Part shown: positions 47,753 to 58,074 of the stretch, in pieces | Layout: each line of letters begins with the position of its first letter | How positions within the stretch are numbered: position 1 is the first letter of the stretch | Source of the DNA: an uncultured Bacilli bacterium | GTDB taxonomy: Bacteria; Bacillota_I; Bacilli_A; RF39; UBA660 | Direction of reading: 5' to 3' | DNA length: 64,000 bases | Assembly: GCA_947628895.1 (NCBI GenBank) | Contig: CANRBS010000001.1 | Coordinates: 5,783-69,782, forward strand | Notes under the pieces: generated by a model | The model's input: only the letters and a program-made list of their open reading frames with translations | What the model was told of the DNA's origin: nothing | Databases searched by the model: none | Made by a program: the position numbers and the translations under genes

Positions 47753-49798
47753 ATGAATTTAAGTGAAGAAGAATTAAAAAAAGAAAAAAAGCATCTAGAA
47801 TTAACAATCAATCTTTTGAGAAATCAAATTTCTACTCTAGCTCAAGACTTATACGATAATGAAGAAAAACAACAAGAATTCAAAAAATTTATTTGGGATA
47901 CAAGAAGTGAACTAGACCCTACTGAAATGAAAACTATTATGTCAAATAATAACAAGGAGATTGAAGATCTTGAAGTAAAAGCAAAATATTATATGAAACT
48001 TTATAAGATTCAAAACTCACCTTATTTTGCTAAAATAGTTTTTGAAAGTGATGAAGGTAAAGATGACATTTATATTGGGCTTACATATCTTACTGAAAAT
48101 AATGAAAATATTATTTATGACTGGAGAGCACCAATATCAAGTGTATTTTATGATTATGAACCAGGGGAAGTTTCATATGAAGCTCCTGGTGGAATAATTA
48201 AAGGATACTTACATAATAAAAGACAATTTACTATTGAAGATGGGAAAATTAAAAGAGTATTTGATTCTAAACTTAATGTTCAAGATGAAATGTTACAAGA
48301 AGTACTTGCAAATAAAACTGATGAATATATGAAAAATATAGTTAATACAATTCAAACAGAACAAAATGCAATTATTAGAAATGTTAAAGATAAAAATTTA
48401 ATAGTTCAAGGAATTGCTGGTTCTGGTAAAACATCAGTAGCACTTCATAGAATTGCATTTCTACTATATAAAATTAAAAATTTAACAAGTGATAAAGTTT
48501 TGATATTTGCACCAAACCAAGTATTTAGTGAATACATATCAAATGTACTTCCAGAACTTGGAGAAGAAAATACAAAAGAAACAACATTTAGTGATTTTTT
48601 AGAAACATATATCACTGAATATAAATCAATTGAATCATTTACATCATTTATAGAAAGATATTATAAATATGAAGAAGCTTATATTGATTTAATTAAATTT
48701 AAACAATCAAATGAAATAATTACCGTAATGGAAGAATACATTAAAAATTATGTAAATAAAGCGAACTTTACAAATGAAATATTTAATAGAGACTTATATA
48801 TTGAAAAAAGTAAATTAAATTATTATTTAAAAGAAAGATACTCTTCTCTTCCACTATTTGAAAGATTAGAAGAAATATCATTAAAAATATCTGAAATGGA
48901 ATTTAGAGGTAATAAGTCAAAAGCAAAGCAAATTAAAAAATGGTTAAAAGAAATATTAAATATTTCAACAGATCCAAAAGAAATATATAAAAATTTCTAT
49001 AAAAGTAGTGAATTTAAAACTGCATATCAAAAAGAAATACCTGATTCTTATTTAAATAAATTAAATGATAAAAATATATCATTTGAAGATGCTTGTTTAT
49101 TTGTATATATGAAAAGCTTACTTATGTTTTTAGGAAATGATTATACAATAGAACAAACAATTATAGATGAAGCACAAGATTATAATGTACTTCAATATAT
49201 TCTTCTTAAGAAAATACTTAAGAAAAGTAAATTTACAATCCTTGGAGATATTAATCAAACAATAAATCCTTATTATCAATATAAATCACTTGAAGATTTA
49301 AAAATGGTATTTAATGATTCAGTAAATTATATTGAACTTAATAAAACATATAGATCTAGTCCAGAAATAATTGAACATACAAATAAAATATTAGGTTTGA
49401 ATTTAGTATCCGCAATTAGAAGAGACACACACATACCTGTAATATTTAGAAATGAAGATAATTTAAAAGAACAACTTACAAATGATATAAATACTTTAAT
49501 GAAAGATAATAAAAGTATTGCTATAATTACTAAAAATGATTCTGAAGCTACTAATATTTATAAATTACTAGTTTATGATTTTAAAGACTTAGTACTTATT
49601 AGAAATAACTCAAAAAAATTCTCAAGAAAACTTGTTGTAATACCATCTTATATGGCTAAAGGATTAGAATTTGATGCTAGTATCATTTATACAGATAAAA
49701 ATAATAAATATACTTATGATGAAAGATATTTATATTATGTAGCTTGTACTAGAAGTCAACATCATTTAATAATTTATAATCAAGAAAATAAAGAATAA
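47753..49798 (+). CDS. helD: UvrD-like helicase IV (HelD-like, RNA polymerase-associated)
   Basis: An N-terminal coiled-coil domain is followed by VQGIAGSGKTSVALHRIAFLLY (UvrD Walker A). The protein is 681 aa. Confidence 0.7.
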   Translation: MNLSEEELKKEKKHLELTINLLRNQISTLAQDLYDNEEKQQEFKKFIWDTRSELDPTEMKTIMSNNNKEIEDLEVKAKYYMKLYKIQNSPYFAKIVFESDEGKDDIYIGLTYLTENNENIIYDWRAPISSVFYDYEPGEVSYEAPGGIIKGYLHNKRQFTIEDGKIKRVFDSKLNVQDEMLQEVLANKTDEYMKNIVNTIQTEQNAIIRNVKDKNLIVQGIAGSGKTSVALHRIAFLLYKIKNLTSDKVLIFAPNQVFSEYISNVLPELGEENTKETTFSDFLETYITEYKSIESFTSFIERYYKYEEAYIDLIKFKQSNEIITVMEEYIKNYVNKANFTNEIFNRDLYIEKSKLNYYLKERYSSLPLFERLEEISLKISEMEFRGNKSKAKQIKKWLKEILNISTDPKEIYKNFYKSSEFKTAYQKEIPDSYLNKLNDKNISFEDACLFVYMKSLLMFLGNDYTIEQTIIDEAQDYNVLQYILLKKILKKSKFTILGDINQTINPYYQYKSLEDLKMVFNDSVNYIELNKTYRSSPEIIEHTNKILGLNLVSAIRRDTHIPVIFRNEDNLKEQLTNDINTLMKDNKSIAIITKNDSEATNIYKLLVYDFKDLVLIRNNSKKFSRKLVVIPSYMAKGLEFDASIIYTDKNNKYTYDERYLYYVACTRSQHHLIIYNQENKE

Positions 49799-49804
49799 CA
49801 GCCG

Positions 49805-51106
49805 TTATTCTTTATTTAATTTCCAATATTCATCAAAATATATATTTACATTATTACTTATAGTAATTACTGGTCTTATATATAAACTACTTTTATATGT
49901 ATTATTATAAATATCATGTAGTTTTGAATTATTAATTTCATTATTATTTATACTAAGTATTCCAAATATAGCACTTTCATCTGTTGCATCAATATGTCTT
50001 GTAGATAAATAATATGGACTATAATATTTATTATTTTTTTCTATAAATAATTCATAATAAATGTCATTTATAAAATTATTTTTAGTAATTTTATTTATAT
50101 TATTTGTTTCATGTAATGTTATAGAATTTACTATTTTAAAATTTGAAGTTATATAATTATTACCTTCACTATTAAGAAGTACACCATTTGTATGAATATT
50201 ATTTATAATACTATTTTTTTCATCTTCATATATAGTTGGAATATATATACTATCCATATTATATGTTTTAATATTATCATTATATTCTATTAGTTTAGTA
50301 GTAGTATATTTATGAATATCATCTAAATTTAAATTTCTAGCATTAGTACTATATTTTGTAGAATACAATGAATTACAAATATCATTTAAAATATATACAG
50401 CATTATTATATCCATTAGATCCTCCAAGTAACATATTATTTGATAGTAAAATTGCTTCTTCAGCAATTAAATCAATAGTTCCATCATTATTAATATTTAA
50501 GATTCTATAATTTGTTTTTATTGCTGATAATTCTAAATCACTGTTATTTTGTGTAAATTCTTTTTGTAAATTATATTTTTTATTTTCATCTATTTTATAT
50601 TCAAAATAATCACCAACAGATATTTTATCTTTAATTTCTTTATAATTAAGTGGTGTTTTTATATCATCTAATGTATTATTAATATAACCACCTACAACTA
50701 AAAATTTACAATTTATTGAATCACTTGAATTATTAGATATAAATAATTTTATTTTAATTTTACTATTTCCATCTATCGTACCATCCGTATTATTTTCATA
50801 AATATATAAATTCAAATTAGTATTTTCTAAATAAAATAATTTATAAAATGTATTAATTTTATTTAATGATTCTATTTCTAATTCAATTAAACTATTTCCA
50901 GGTGAAACTGTTATTTCATTAGTATTAGTATTATTTATTTTAATACTATAATTTAATTTATCTATATGCATTTCTACAGCTCTGTGGTTATTTGAATTAT
51001 ATATAAAATTAGAATATGATATTCCAAATGAAAAACATACTACAATAAGTAATATTACTAAAACTACTACATTCTTTTTTAAAAATTTAATATATTTTTC
51101 TTTCAT
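49805..51106 (-). CDS. N-terminally anchored Asn-rich surface protein, paralogue of 901..2394 (C-terminal RPVITIS motif)
   Basis: An N-terminal TM helix is followed by SYSNFIYNSNN. The C-terminus reads YIRPVITISNN. The protein is 433 aa. Confidence 0.35.
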   Translation of the reverse strand: MKEKYIKFLKKNVVVLVILLIVVCFSFGISYSNFIYNSNNHRAVEMHIDKLNYSIKINNTNTNEITVSPGNSLIELEIESLNKINTFYKLFYLENTNLNLYIYENNTDGTIDGNSKIKIKLFISNNSSDSINCKFLVVGGYINNTLDDIKTPLNYKEIKDKISVGDYFEYKIDENKKYNLQKEFTQNNSDLELSAIKTNYRILNINNDGTIDLIAEEAILLSNNMLLGGSNGYNNAVYILNDICNSLYSTKYSTNARNLNLDDIHKYTTTKLIEYNDNIKTYNMDSIYIPTIYEDEKNSIINNIHTNGVLLNSEGNNYITSNFKIVNSITLHETNNINKITKNNFINDIYYELFIEKNNKYYSPYYLSTRHIDATDESAIFGILSINNNEINNSKLHDIYNNTYKSSLYIRPVITISNNVNIYFDEYWKLNKE

Positions 51107-51208
51107 ATTTTTTATCCTATTCTTAAATTAATTATAATAGAAAAGATACTATAGTGTCAAGGAACAAAAAAGTATATAATTTTTATTACATACTTCCAAT
51201 ATAATATT

Positions 51209-51592
51209 TTATTCAAAATATTTTTCTAATACAGCAATTACTCTTACTATTTCATCTTGATATTCTCTAAAATGTTCATTTAAAAATTTATAATTATAAA
51301 GTTTTGCATTTATTTCTTGATCTTTAGAAAGTTCATATAATTTATTTAGTCCATAATAGTTGCAATCTTTTTTAAGTAAACTTGTTTCTTTTAAATAATC
51401 ATCTAAATTATTTGTAGCTTTATCTTCAATTATTTTATTAAATCTTTTTTTTAAATTAGAATAAAATTCTTTTAACATACTCTCATATGTTTTCTCATCT
51501 CCAATAATATCTATTCCAGATACTGCATCTATTCCATTAACATCTAAAAATTCAATTGTATGATAATTTGTTTTTTCTACTTCTTCTTGCAT
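51209..51592 (-). CDS. hypothetical protein
   Basis: The ORF encodes 127 aa with no recognisable motif. Confidence 0.35.
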   Translation of the reverse strand: MQEEVEKTNYHTIEFLDVNGIDAVSGIDIIGDEKTYESMLKEFYSNLKKRFNKIIEDKATNNLDDYLKETSLLKKDCNYYGLNKLYELSKDQEINAKLYNYKFLNEHFREYQDEIVRVIAVLEKYFE

Positions 51593-51671
51593 TTAATGCA
51601 CCTCTTTATCCTAATAATAATTTATCATAAATAGAAGTTTTTTTCAATTAAAAAAAGTGCCCTTTAAGACA

Positions 51672-53825
51672 CTAATTTTGAAATTGTGAATTATAAAGTT
51701 CTGCATAAAATCCATTTTGTTTTAATAATTCTTCGTGACTTCCTTGTTCTACTATATTTCCATCTTTCATAACTAATATTAAGTCTGCATTTTTAATAGT
51801 TGATAGTCTATGTGCAATTATAAATGCCGTTCTTTTTTCAGTTAATTTATCCATCGCGGTTTGAACTAATTCCTCAGTTCTTGTATCAACTGATGATGTT
51901 GCTTCATCTAAAATTAAGAATGGAGCATTTTCAATCATACCTCTTGCAATAGTTAAAAGTTGTTTTTGACCTGCTGATATTGACTCATTATCTTCAATTT
52001 TATAATCAAGTCCATTTGGAAGTGTTTTAACAAAGTGATCAATTCCAACTACTTTCAAAGCTTCCCATACTTTAGAATCTTTTACTCTATTTTTATTAAA
52101 TTTAATGTTTTCTCTAATAGTTCCATTAAATAGCCAAGTATCTTGAAGTACCATTATAAATAATTCATGTATGTTTTCTCTTGTTAATTCATTTATAGAT
52201 ACTCCATCTATTTTAATATCTCCACTATTTATTTCATAGAATTTCATAAGTAAGTTAACTATAGTTGTTTTACCTGCTCCAGTAGGACCTACTATTGCTA
52301 TTTTTTGTCCAGGTTTTACTTTACAATTAAAGTCTTTAATAATTATTTTATCATCATTATATCCAAATTTAACATGTTCAAATTCTATACTTCCTTTAAC
52401 GGTATTTTTATCAAGTTTTTTAGTGAGACCTTCTTCACTAGACATTTCAGGAGATTCAATAAATTCAAATACTCTTTCACTAGCAGCAGTAGCTGATTGT
52501 AAATTAGTAAGACTTTGTGCTATTTGTGATAAGGGTCCTGTAAACAATCTTACATACATTATGAATGCAACTATAACACCATATGATATTTTATTATTTA
52601 TAACAAGTATAGCACCAACTATACATACACATACATATCCAAAGTTACCAATAAATCCCATCATAGGTTGCATAAGGCCAGATAAAAATTGACTCATTTT
52701 ATTACAGTTATAAACACTATCATTATATTCTTCAAATTTTTCTCTTGCTTCCCTGCTTCCATTATAAACTTTAACTACATTATGTGATGAATATATTTCT
52801 TCTATATGTCCATTTAATTTACCAAGTTCTACTTGTCTTTTAATAAAATATTTTTGTGATCTTTTAATTATTTTACTCATAAATGCAAATCCAATTAATG
52901 ATGATAACATACCAGTAATAGCCATTATATAATTAGTTTTAAACATCATAATTATAGAACCTATAAATAATGATAAACTAGATACAAGAGTTCCTAAACT
53001 ATTATGAAGTGACATGTTAATAGTATCAACATCATTAGTTACTCTTGATAAAATATCACCAAAACTATGATCATCAAAGTATTTTAATGCAAGTTTATTT
53101 ATTTTATTAATAATTTTAGTTCTTAATGATTTTGCAAATCTATTAGATGTAAGAAGCATTAAATAATTTTGTGTGTAATTAAATAATGCACTTAATAAAT
53201 ACATAACAACAAGTATTTTAGCAATATTTTTAATTTTACTTATATTCATACTTGGTTTTAATAAATTATAAATATCTTCATTTAATAATTCAAAATCTTT
53301 ATAAGCGGTTTCTACATCATTATTATTTAATTTGTATACCGCGTTAAATAATACTAGTTTATCTTCACTACTAAATTCTATATTATCAATAATAGAATTA
53401 TTAAAGAATAATTTTTTTGTATTATCACTAAGTGAACTTATTAAATTAAATATTTCTTCTTTATTAGAATCATTTATTTTAGAGATAAATTCTTGATATT
53501 TAACTTTCTCTTCTTCACTTAATGTATTTAACTTATCTTTACTTAAAACAATATTATTTTGAATATCATTTTGAATACTACCAATAAATATATTTAAATT
53601 ATCTCTATTAATACTTAAACCAGTAGATATTTCATCAGTTAAATCACTTAATTTATCAGGACCTATTATTGATAAAATACTACTACAAGATGCTAGGAGT
53701 AATGCAAATACTATAAATAATGTATAAGGACGTAAATATTTCATTAATTTTTTTAATGATAATTTTAAATTCTTTGGTTTTTCAGGAATTCTATCTCTTC
53801 TTCCAACTCTTCTTCTTTCTTTCAT
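51672..53825 (-). CDS. ABC multidrug exporter, fused permease/ATPase, BmrD/YheH-like with a long extracytoplasmic loop between TM1 and TM2
   Basis: The protein is 717 aa. Walker A reads GPTGAGKTT, the signature motif is LSAGQKQLL, and Walker B is ILDEATS. A 150-aa insertion follows TM1. Confidence 0.85.
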   Translation of the reverse strand: MKERRRVGRRDRIPEKPKNLKLSLKKLMKYLRPYTLFIVFALLLASCSSILSIIGPDKLSDLTDEISTGLSINRDNLNIFIGSIQNDIQNNIVLSKDKLNTLSEEEKVKYQEFISKINDSNKEEIFNLISSLSDNTKKLFFNNSIIDNIEFSSEDKLVLFNAVYKLNNNDVETAYKDFELLNEDIYNLLKPSMNISKIKNIAKILVVMYLLSALFNYTQNYLMLLTSNRFAKSLRTKIINKINKLALKYFDDHSFGDILSRVTNDVDTINMSLHNSLGTLVSSLSLFIGSIIMMFKTNYIMAITGMLSSLIGFAFMSKIIKRSQKYFIKRQVELGKLNGHIEEIYSSHNVVKVYNGSREAREKFEEYNDSVYNCNKMSQFLSGLMQPMMGFIGNFGYVCVCIVGAILVINNKISYGVIVAFIMYVRLFTGPLSQIAQSLTNLQSATAASERVFEFIESPEMSSEEGLTKKLDKNTVKGSIEFEHVKFGYNDDKIIIKDFNCKVKPGQKIAIVGPTGAGKTTIVNLLMKFYEINSGDIKIDGVSINELTRENIHELFIMVLQDTWLFNGTIRENIKFNKNRVKDSKVWEALKVVGIDHFVKTLPNGLDYKIEDNESISAGQKQLLTIARGMIENAPFLILDEATSSVDTRTEELVQTAMDKLTEKRTAFIIAHRLSTIKNADLILVMKDGNIVEQGSHEELLKQNGFYAELYNSQFQN

Positions 53826-55573
53826 TGCAATTCCTCCATAGATAATTGTGAATAAGCAATTTCTTTATATACTTTACATTTTTTAAGTAGTTCACTATGA
53901 GTACCAAATCCTACACATTTACCTTTATCAAGTACTAATATTTTATCTGCATTTTTAATAGTACCAATTCTTTGAGCTACGATTATACTAGTAGCATCTT
54001 TTGTATATTTTTTTAATTCTTTTCTTAATTTATAATCAGTTTTATAGTCAAGTGCACTAAATGAATCATCAAAAATATATATTTCTGGGTCTCTTGCTAT
54101 TGCTCTTGCAATTGACAATCTTTGTTTTTGACCACCTGAGATATTACTTCCACCTTCTGCTATATCACTATCATATTGATTACTCATTTTTTCTACAAAA
54201 TCTTTAGCTTGTGCTACTTTAATTGCTTCTTTTATTTTTTTATCAGTAAATTTATATTTTTCTTTTTCACCATAAGCTACATTATATTTAACACTACCTC
54301 TAAACATAATAGCTTTTTGTGAAATATAACCTATTTTATTATATAAATATGGTAAATCATAATTTCTAACATCAACATTATCAACAAGAACACTACCCTC
54401 TGTTACATCATAAAATCTTGTAATTAAATTTATAAGTGTACTCTTACCACTACCAGTAGATCCGATAATAGCAAGTGTTTCTCCTTTATTTACTTTGAAA
54501 GATATATTTTTCAAAATATTTTCTTTAGCATCAGGATATTTAAATGATACGGATTTAAATTCAACACTACCTTTTTCTTTAGTATCTTTTACTACTCCAT
54601 TAATAATTTTATTTTCTGTTTTTAATACTTCATTAATCCTTGATGCTGATATTGCAGCTCTTGGATACATTACAAATATCATAGTAAGCATTAAGAATGA
54701 AATAATAACTTGTGTTGCATATGAACTAAATATAACCATATTACTAAATAAATCTATTCTTAAAGATAATAATGAATTATTAATTAATGAAGCACCAACA
54801 AAATATATAGCAAGAGCAACCCCATTCATAATTAAATACATCATTGGTGACATTATACCCATAACTTTTTGATTAAATATTTGAGTATATGTAAGTCTAT
54901 CATTACCTTGTTCAAATTTCTTTTCTTGATATTTTTCTGCATTAAAAGCCCTTATTACTCTAAGACCTTTTAAATTTTCCCTTGTAAGCTCATTTATATT
55001 ATCAATTAATTTTTGTACTATTTTAAATCTAGGTAATACTACTATCATTACACTAATTACAGTTATTAATAGTATTACAACTGCACTACCTGTAATTACT
55101 GACCATTCATAATTCTTATTTACTATTTTCATAAGAGCCCATACAGCAGTAAGAGGTGCTTTTATCATCATTTGAAGTCCCATAGTAAGCATCATTTCAA
55201 CATTAGTAATATCATTAGTTGTTCTAGTAATTAAACTACTAACACTAAATTTCTTTATTTCTTCCATATTAAATGAATCTACTTTATTAAATAATTTACT
55301 TCTTAATGTTTTAGAAAATAAAGAACAACTACTTGCTATTATATATCCAACTAAAATAGATGTAATTAAACTACCAAATGCACAAAGAACCATATACACG
55401 CCTTGTACTAAAATATCATGAATACTCTTACTTGTTTGTATTAAAGTGGTTATCTTACTCATATAATCAGGTATTTTAAGTTCTAAATATACTTGAGTTG
55501 CAATTAGTAAAAATGCTATAAAAATATAAAATACTTGTTTTGGTTTAAAATATTTAATTAATCTTATCATCAT
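53822..55573 (-). CDS. ABC multidrug exporter, fused permease/ATPase, BmrC/YheI-like
   Basis: The protein is 583 aa. Walker A reads GSTGSGKST, the signature motif is LSGGQKQRL, and Walker B is IFDDSFSALD. Confidence 0.85.
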   Translation of the reverse strand: MMIRLIKYFKPKQVFYIFIAFLLIATQVYLELKIPDYMSKITTLIQTSKSIHDILVQGVYMVLCAFGSLITSILVGYIIASSCSLFSKTLRSKLFNKVDSFNMEEIKKFSVSSLITRTTNDITNVEMMLTMGLQMMIKAPLTAVWALMKIVNKNYEWSVITGSAVVILLITVISVMIVVLPRFKIVQKLIDNINELTRENLKGLRVIRAFNAEKYQEKKFEQGNDRLTYTQIFNQKVMGIMSPMMYLIMNGVALAIYFVGASLINNSLLSLRIDLFSNMVIFSSYATQVIISFLMLTMIFVMYPRAAISASRINEVLKTENKIINGVVKDTKEKGSVEFKSVSFKYPDAKENILKNISFKVNKGETLAIIGSTGSGKSTLINLITRFYDVTEGSVLVDNVDVRNYDLPYLYNKIGYISQKAIMFRGSVKYNVAYGEKEKYKFTDKKIKEAIKVAQAKDFVEKMSNQYDSDIAEGGSNISGGQKQRLSIARAIARDPEIYIFDDSFSALDYKTDYKLRKELKKYTKDATSIIVAQRIGTIKNADKILVLDKGKCVGFGTHSELLKKCKVYKEIAYSQLSMEELQ

Positions 55574-56000
55574 ATTCTCCTTTCAAATTATTATTTATTT
55601 TATCTAATACTTTATAAAATACATTTAATTCATTATCAGTAATATCATTTTTTAATAATTTATCAAATTCATTAACACTATTTTGAAGTTCTAAATATAA
55701 TTCTTTAGCCCTATCAGTTAAGACTATCTTTTTACTTCTTCCATCTTTATCTATTCTTTTAATTAAATTATTTTTCTCCATAGTATCTAATATACCTGAT
55801 AATGTAGATTTTCTTAATTTAAAATGCTCTAAATCTTTTTGACAAATTATTTCATTATCATTTTCATATAAATGTTTAATAATCATAATTTGTGAAGGAG
55901 ATAATAATATATCAAATTTATTTTTTTGATAATTAATTAATTTTCTAAATATTAAGTTATCTATTTTTTTAATTTCTAATCCAATTAATTTATCTTTCAT
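55554..56000 (-). CDS. MarR-family transcriptional regulator
   Basis: A winged HTH is present (LSPSQIMIIKHL...KRIDKDGRSKKIVLT). The stop codon overlaps the ABC gene start. Confidence 0.8.
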   Translation of the reverse strand: MKDKLIGLEIKKIDNLIFRKLINYQKNKFDILLSPSQIMIIKHLYENDNEIICQKDLEHFKLRKSTLSGILDTMEKNNLIKRIDKDGRSKKIVLTDRAKELYLELQNSVNEFDKLLKNDITDNELNVFYKVLDKINNNLKGEYDDKIN

Positions 56001-56112
56001 AAATAAAATCTCCTTTTAATTGTTAGGGCACTAACAATAATTATACTCACTCTATATTATATGTCAATAGATAAAAATGTTTTAAAAGAAAAAAAGTTCA
56101 AAATGAACTTTT

Positions 56113-57879
56113 CTAATTTAATAATGTTATTTTTGCATAACCATTTCCAGTATGTCCAACTTCTGTTCCACCATCTGGTTTTGGCATACTCTCATTTCCA
56201 GCAATCATTTGTGTCTCTGTAAATACTTTTCCACTATAATGGTTTGGAGAGTCTAAATGCTTTATATTATTTTCTGTTGAAGTTGCTGTTATTGCTTTAC
56301 ATCCTGGGTGACCTGATATAAATGAAGATCCACCTGAACCTGATGATTTTGATCTAACATTTTGTGATTTACCACCATAATATCCGCCTCCGCCTCCACC
56401 GACACCATCTCCTGCAGCATAACCAACACCATCCATTCCTTTTCCTAAAGCATACCCACTTGTTTGACTTCCACCTAAAAGTGTATCATATAATGTTCTT
56501 GCAGAAAGTCCTCCTCCTTCGCCAACATCAAATTCCCAAGACCTTCCACCACCGCCAGCTGCAACCATTATTCTTGATTTTAAACTTTCAAAATTATCCC
56601 ATTTACCACTAGTTAGTCTTACATCAGTAGCTCCTCCGCCTCCACCAGAAGTCTCATCGTCACTACCATCAGTAGTTCCAAGACCTCCACCATTATATCC
56701 TCCTAGTGAATTTTCTCTTAAAACTGCATCTACTCCTTTACCTCCAACATAAATATATAACTCTTCATCTTTATTTAAAGTTATTTTTCCAGTTGTATAT
56801 GCTCCATTTCCGCCTTCTTTACCTCTCTTACCACTCATTAATGAGGCACCACCTTGTCCACCCCATAATTCAATTTTATATACTCCTGTTTTTGGTACTA
56901 CAAATGTCTCATAATTTCCAGTAAATGTATAATTTACTTTTGACCATATTGCATATAATGTTACTCTACCATTTTTATCACTTGTTAAATTTTTTACTAT
57001 TTCATTATTTTCATATGTTATTACTTTTGAAGTTTTATCTAATGACCAACCTACAAATTGATAACCATCTCTTGTAAAATTATTTGCAGTTAATTTTTCT
57101 TCTTTATCATATGTATGTGTTGATGAAGTTGTTTGTCCAGTTCCTTCATTTGCATTATATTCTACTGTATATGTATGAGCTTCATACTTACTTTCTAACA
57201 CAGTTGTACTATTTAATTTTGATAAATTTTCTTCTACTATATTTCCAACTTCATCAATTACTTTATCTTCAGTATTTGGTATATAATATCCTAAAAAATC
57301 ATATCCTTCTTTTTCTACTACTTTATCTAATTTTGTTATTTGAGTTGTTTTATCTTCTTTATATAATTTTCCATCATTTAAATATCCATAATTTGGAGTT
57401 GAGCCATCAAATGAGATTATTGGATATTTTGTTTCACTTCCTTGAAATATCAAACTTCCATCACAATCAAATATTATTGTTTCTTGACCTCTTTGATTTA
57501 CTTTATATGTTTTTCCTATATCTTCTTTTTTTATTCCATTTTCATTTGTAGCTATTAATTCATAAGTATTATCTACAATTTTTATTTCTGTTATTTTACC
57601 TTTATTTGATAATCTTATTAAATATACCATATCACTTCTTCCATCTAAATCTAATTTATTTTTATTACTATCAAAGCAGGTTACTCTTTTACTCCCTAAT
57701 GATAAAGATACAAACTTATTTTCTGCCTCTCTTATCATATTTTGTACTTCACTTGTAAATGTTTTTTCTGTTGAACCTTTAAATAATTTTAATACATTTG
57801 GTACTGCTATGATTACAAGTATCGCGAGTATTGCTATTACTGCTAGTAACTCTATTAATGTAAATCCTTTTTTCTTCAT
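56113..57879 (-). CDS. modular type IV pilin: prepilin domain, then a Listeria/Bacteroides flg_new repeat, then a Gly-rich C-terminal domain
   Basis: The leader is MKKKG|FTLIELLAVIAILAILVIIAVPNV. The flg_new repeat reads YTVEYNANEGTGQ...DGYQFVGWS...VTLYAIWS. The C-terminal Gly-rich domain reads VYKIELWGGQGG...LYIYVGGKG. Confidence 0.7.
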   Translation of the reverse strand: MKKKGFTLIELLAVIAILAILVIIAVPNVLKLFKGSTEKTFTSEVQNMIREAENKFVSLSLGSKRVTCFDSNKNKLDLDGRSDMVYLIRLSNKGKITEIKIVDNTYELIATNENGIKKEDIGKTYKVNQRGQETIIFDCDGSLIFQGSETKYPIISFDGSTPNYGYLNDGKLYKEDKTTQITKLDKVVEKEGYDFLGYYIPNTEDKVIDEVGNIVEENLSKLNSTTVLESKYEAHTYTVEYNANEGTGQTTSSTHTYDKEEKLTANNFTRDGYQFVGWSLDKTSKVITYENNEIVKNLTSDKNGRVTLYAIWSKVNYTFTGNYETFVVPKTGVYKIELWGGQGGASLMSGKRGKEGGNGAYTTGKITLNKDEELYIYVGGKGVDAVLRENSLGGYNGGGLGTTDGSDDETSGGGGGATDVRLTSGKWDNFESLKSRIMVAAGGGGRSWEFDVGEGGGLSARTLYDTLLGGSQTSGYALGKGMDGVGYAAGDGVGGGGGGYYGGKSQNVRSKSSGSGGSSFISGHPGCKAITATSTENNIKHLDSPNHYSGKVFTETQMIAGNESMPKPDGGTEVGHTGNGYAKITLLN

Positions 57880-57910
57880 TTTATTACCTCTTCTCTATTC
57901 TATATATTTT

Positions 57911-57940
57911 ATTATATCTTATATTCTTAAGTATTATCAA
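57911..57940 (-). promoter_or_regulatory. sigma-A-type promoter of the pilin/flg_new gene
   Basis: The sense strand reads CCCCTTGATA, an 18-nt spacer, then TATAAT. The conserved leader ATAGAGAAGAGGTAATAAAATG follows. Confidence 0.4.
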
Positions 57941-58043
57941 GGGGTTGATCACTATTTTTACATTATACATTTTTATTATTACTAAATAGAAAATTTATAT
58001 GTAGTGTATTAAAAGTATTTATAAAAATATATACTTTTAATAA

Positions 58044-58074
58044 ATATAAAAAAAGAAGTAAACCAGTTACTTCT
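58044..58074 (-). terminator. Rho-independent terminator of the pilin-FGE paralogue
   Basis: The hairpin AGAAGTAA-ACCAG-TTACTTCT is followed by UUUUUU on the minus strand. It overlaps the stop codon. Confidence 0.6.
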
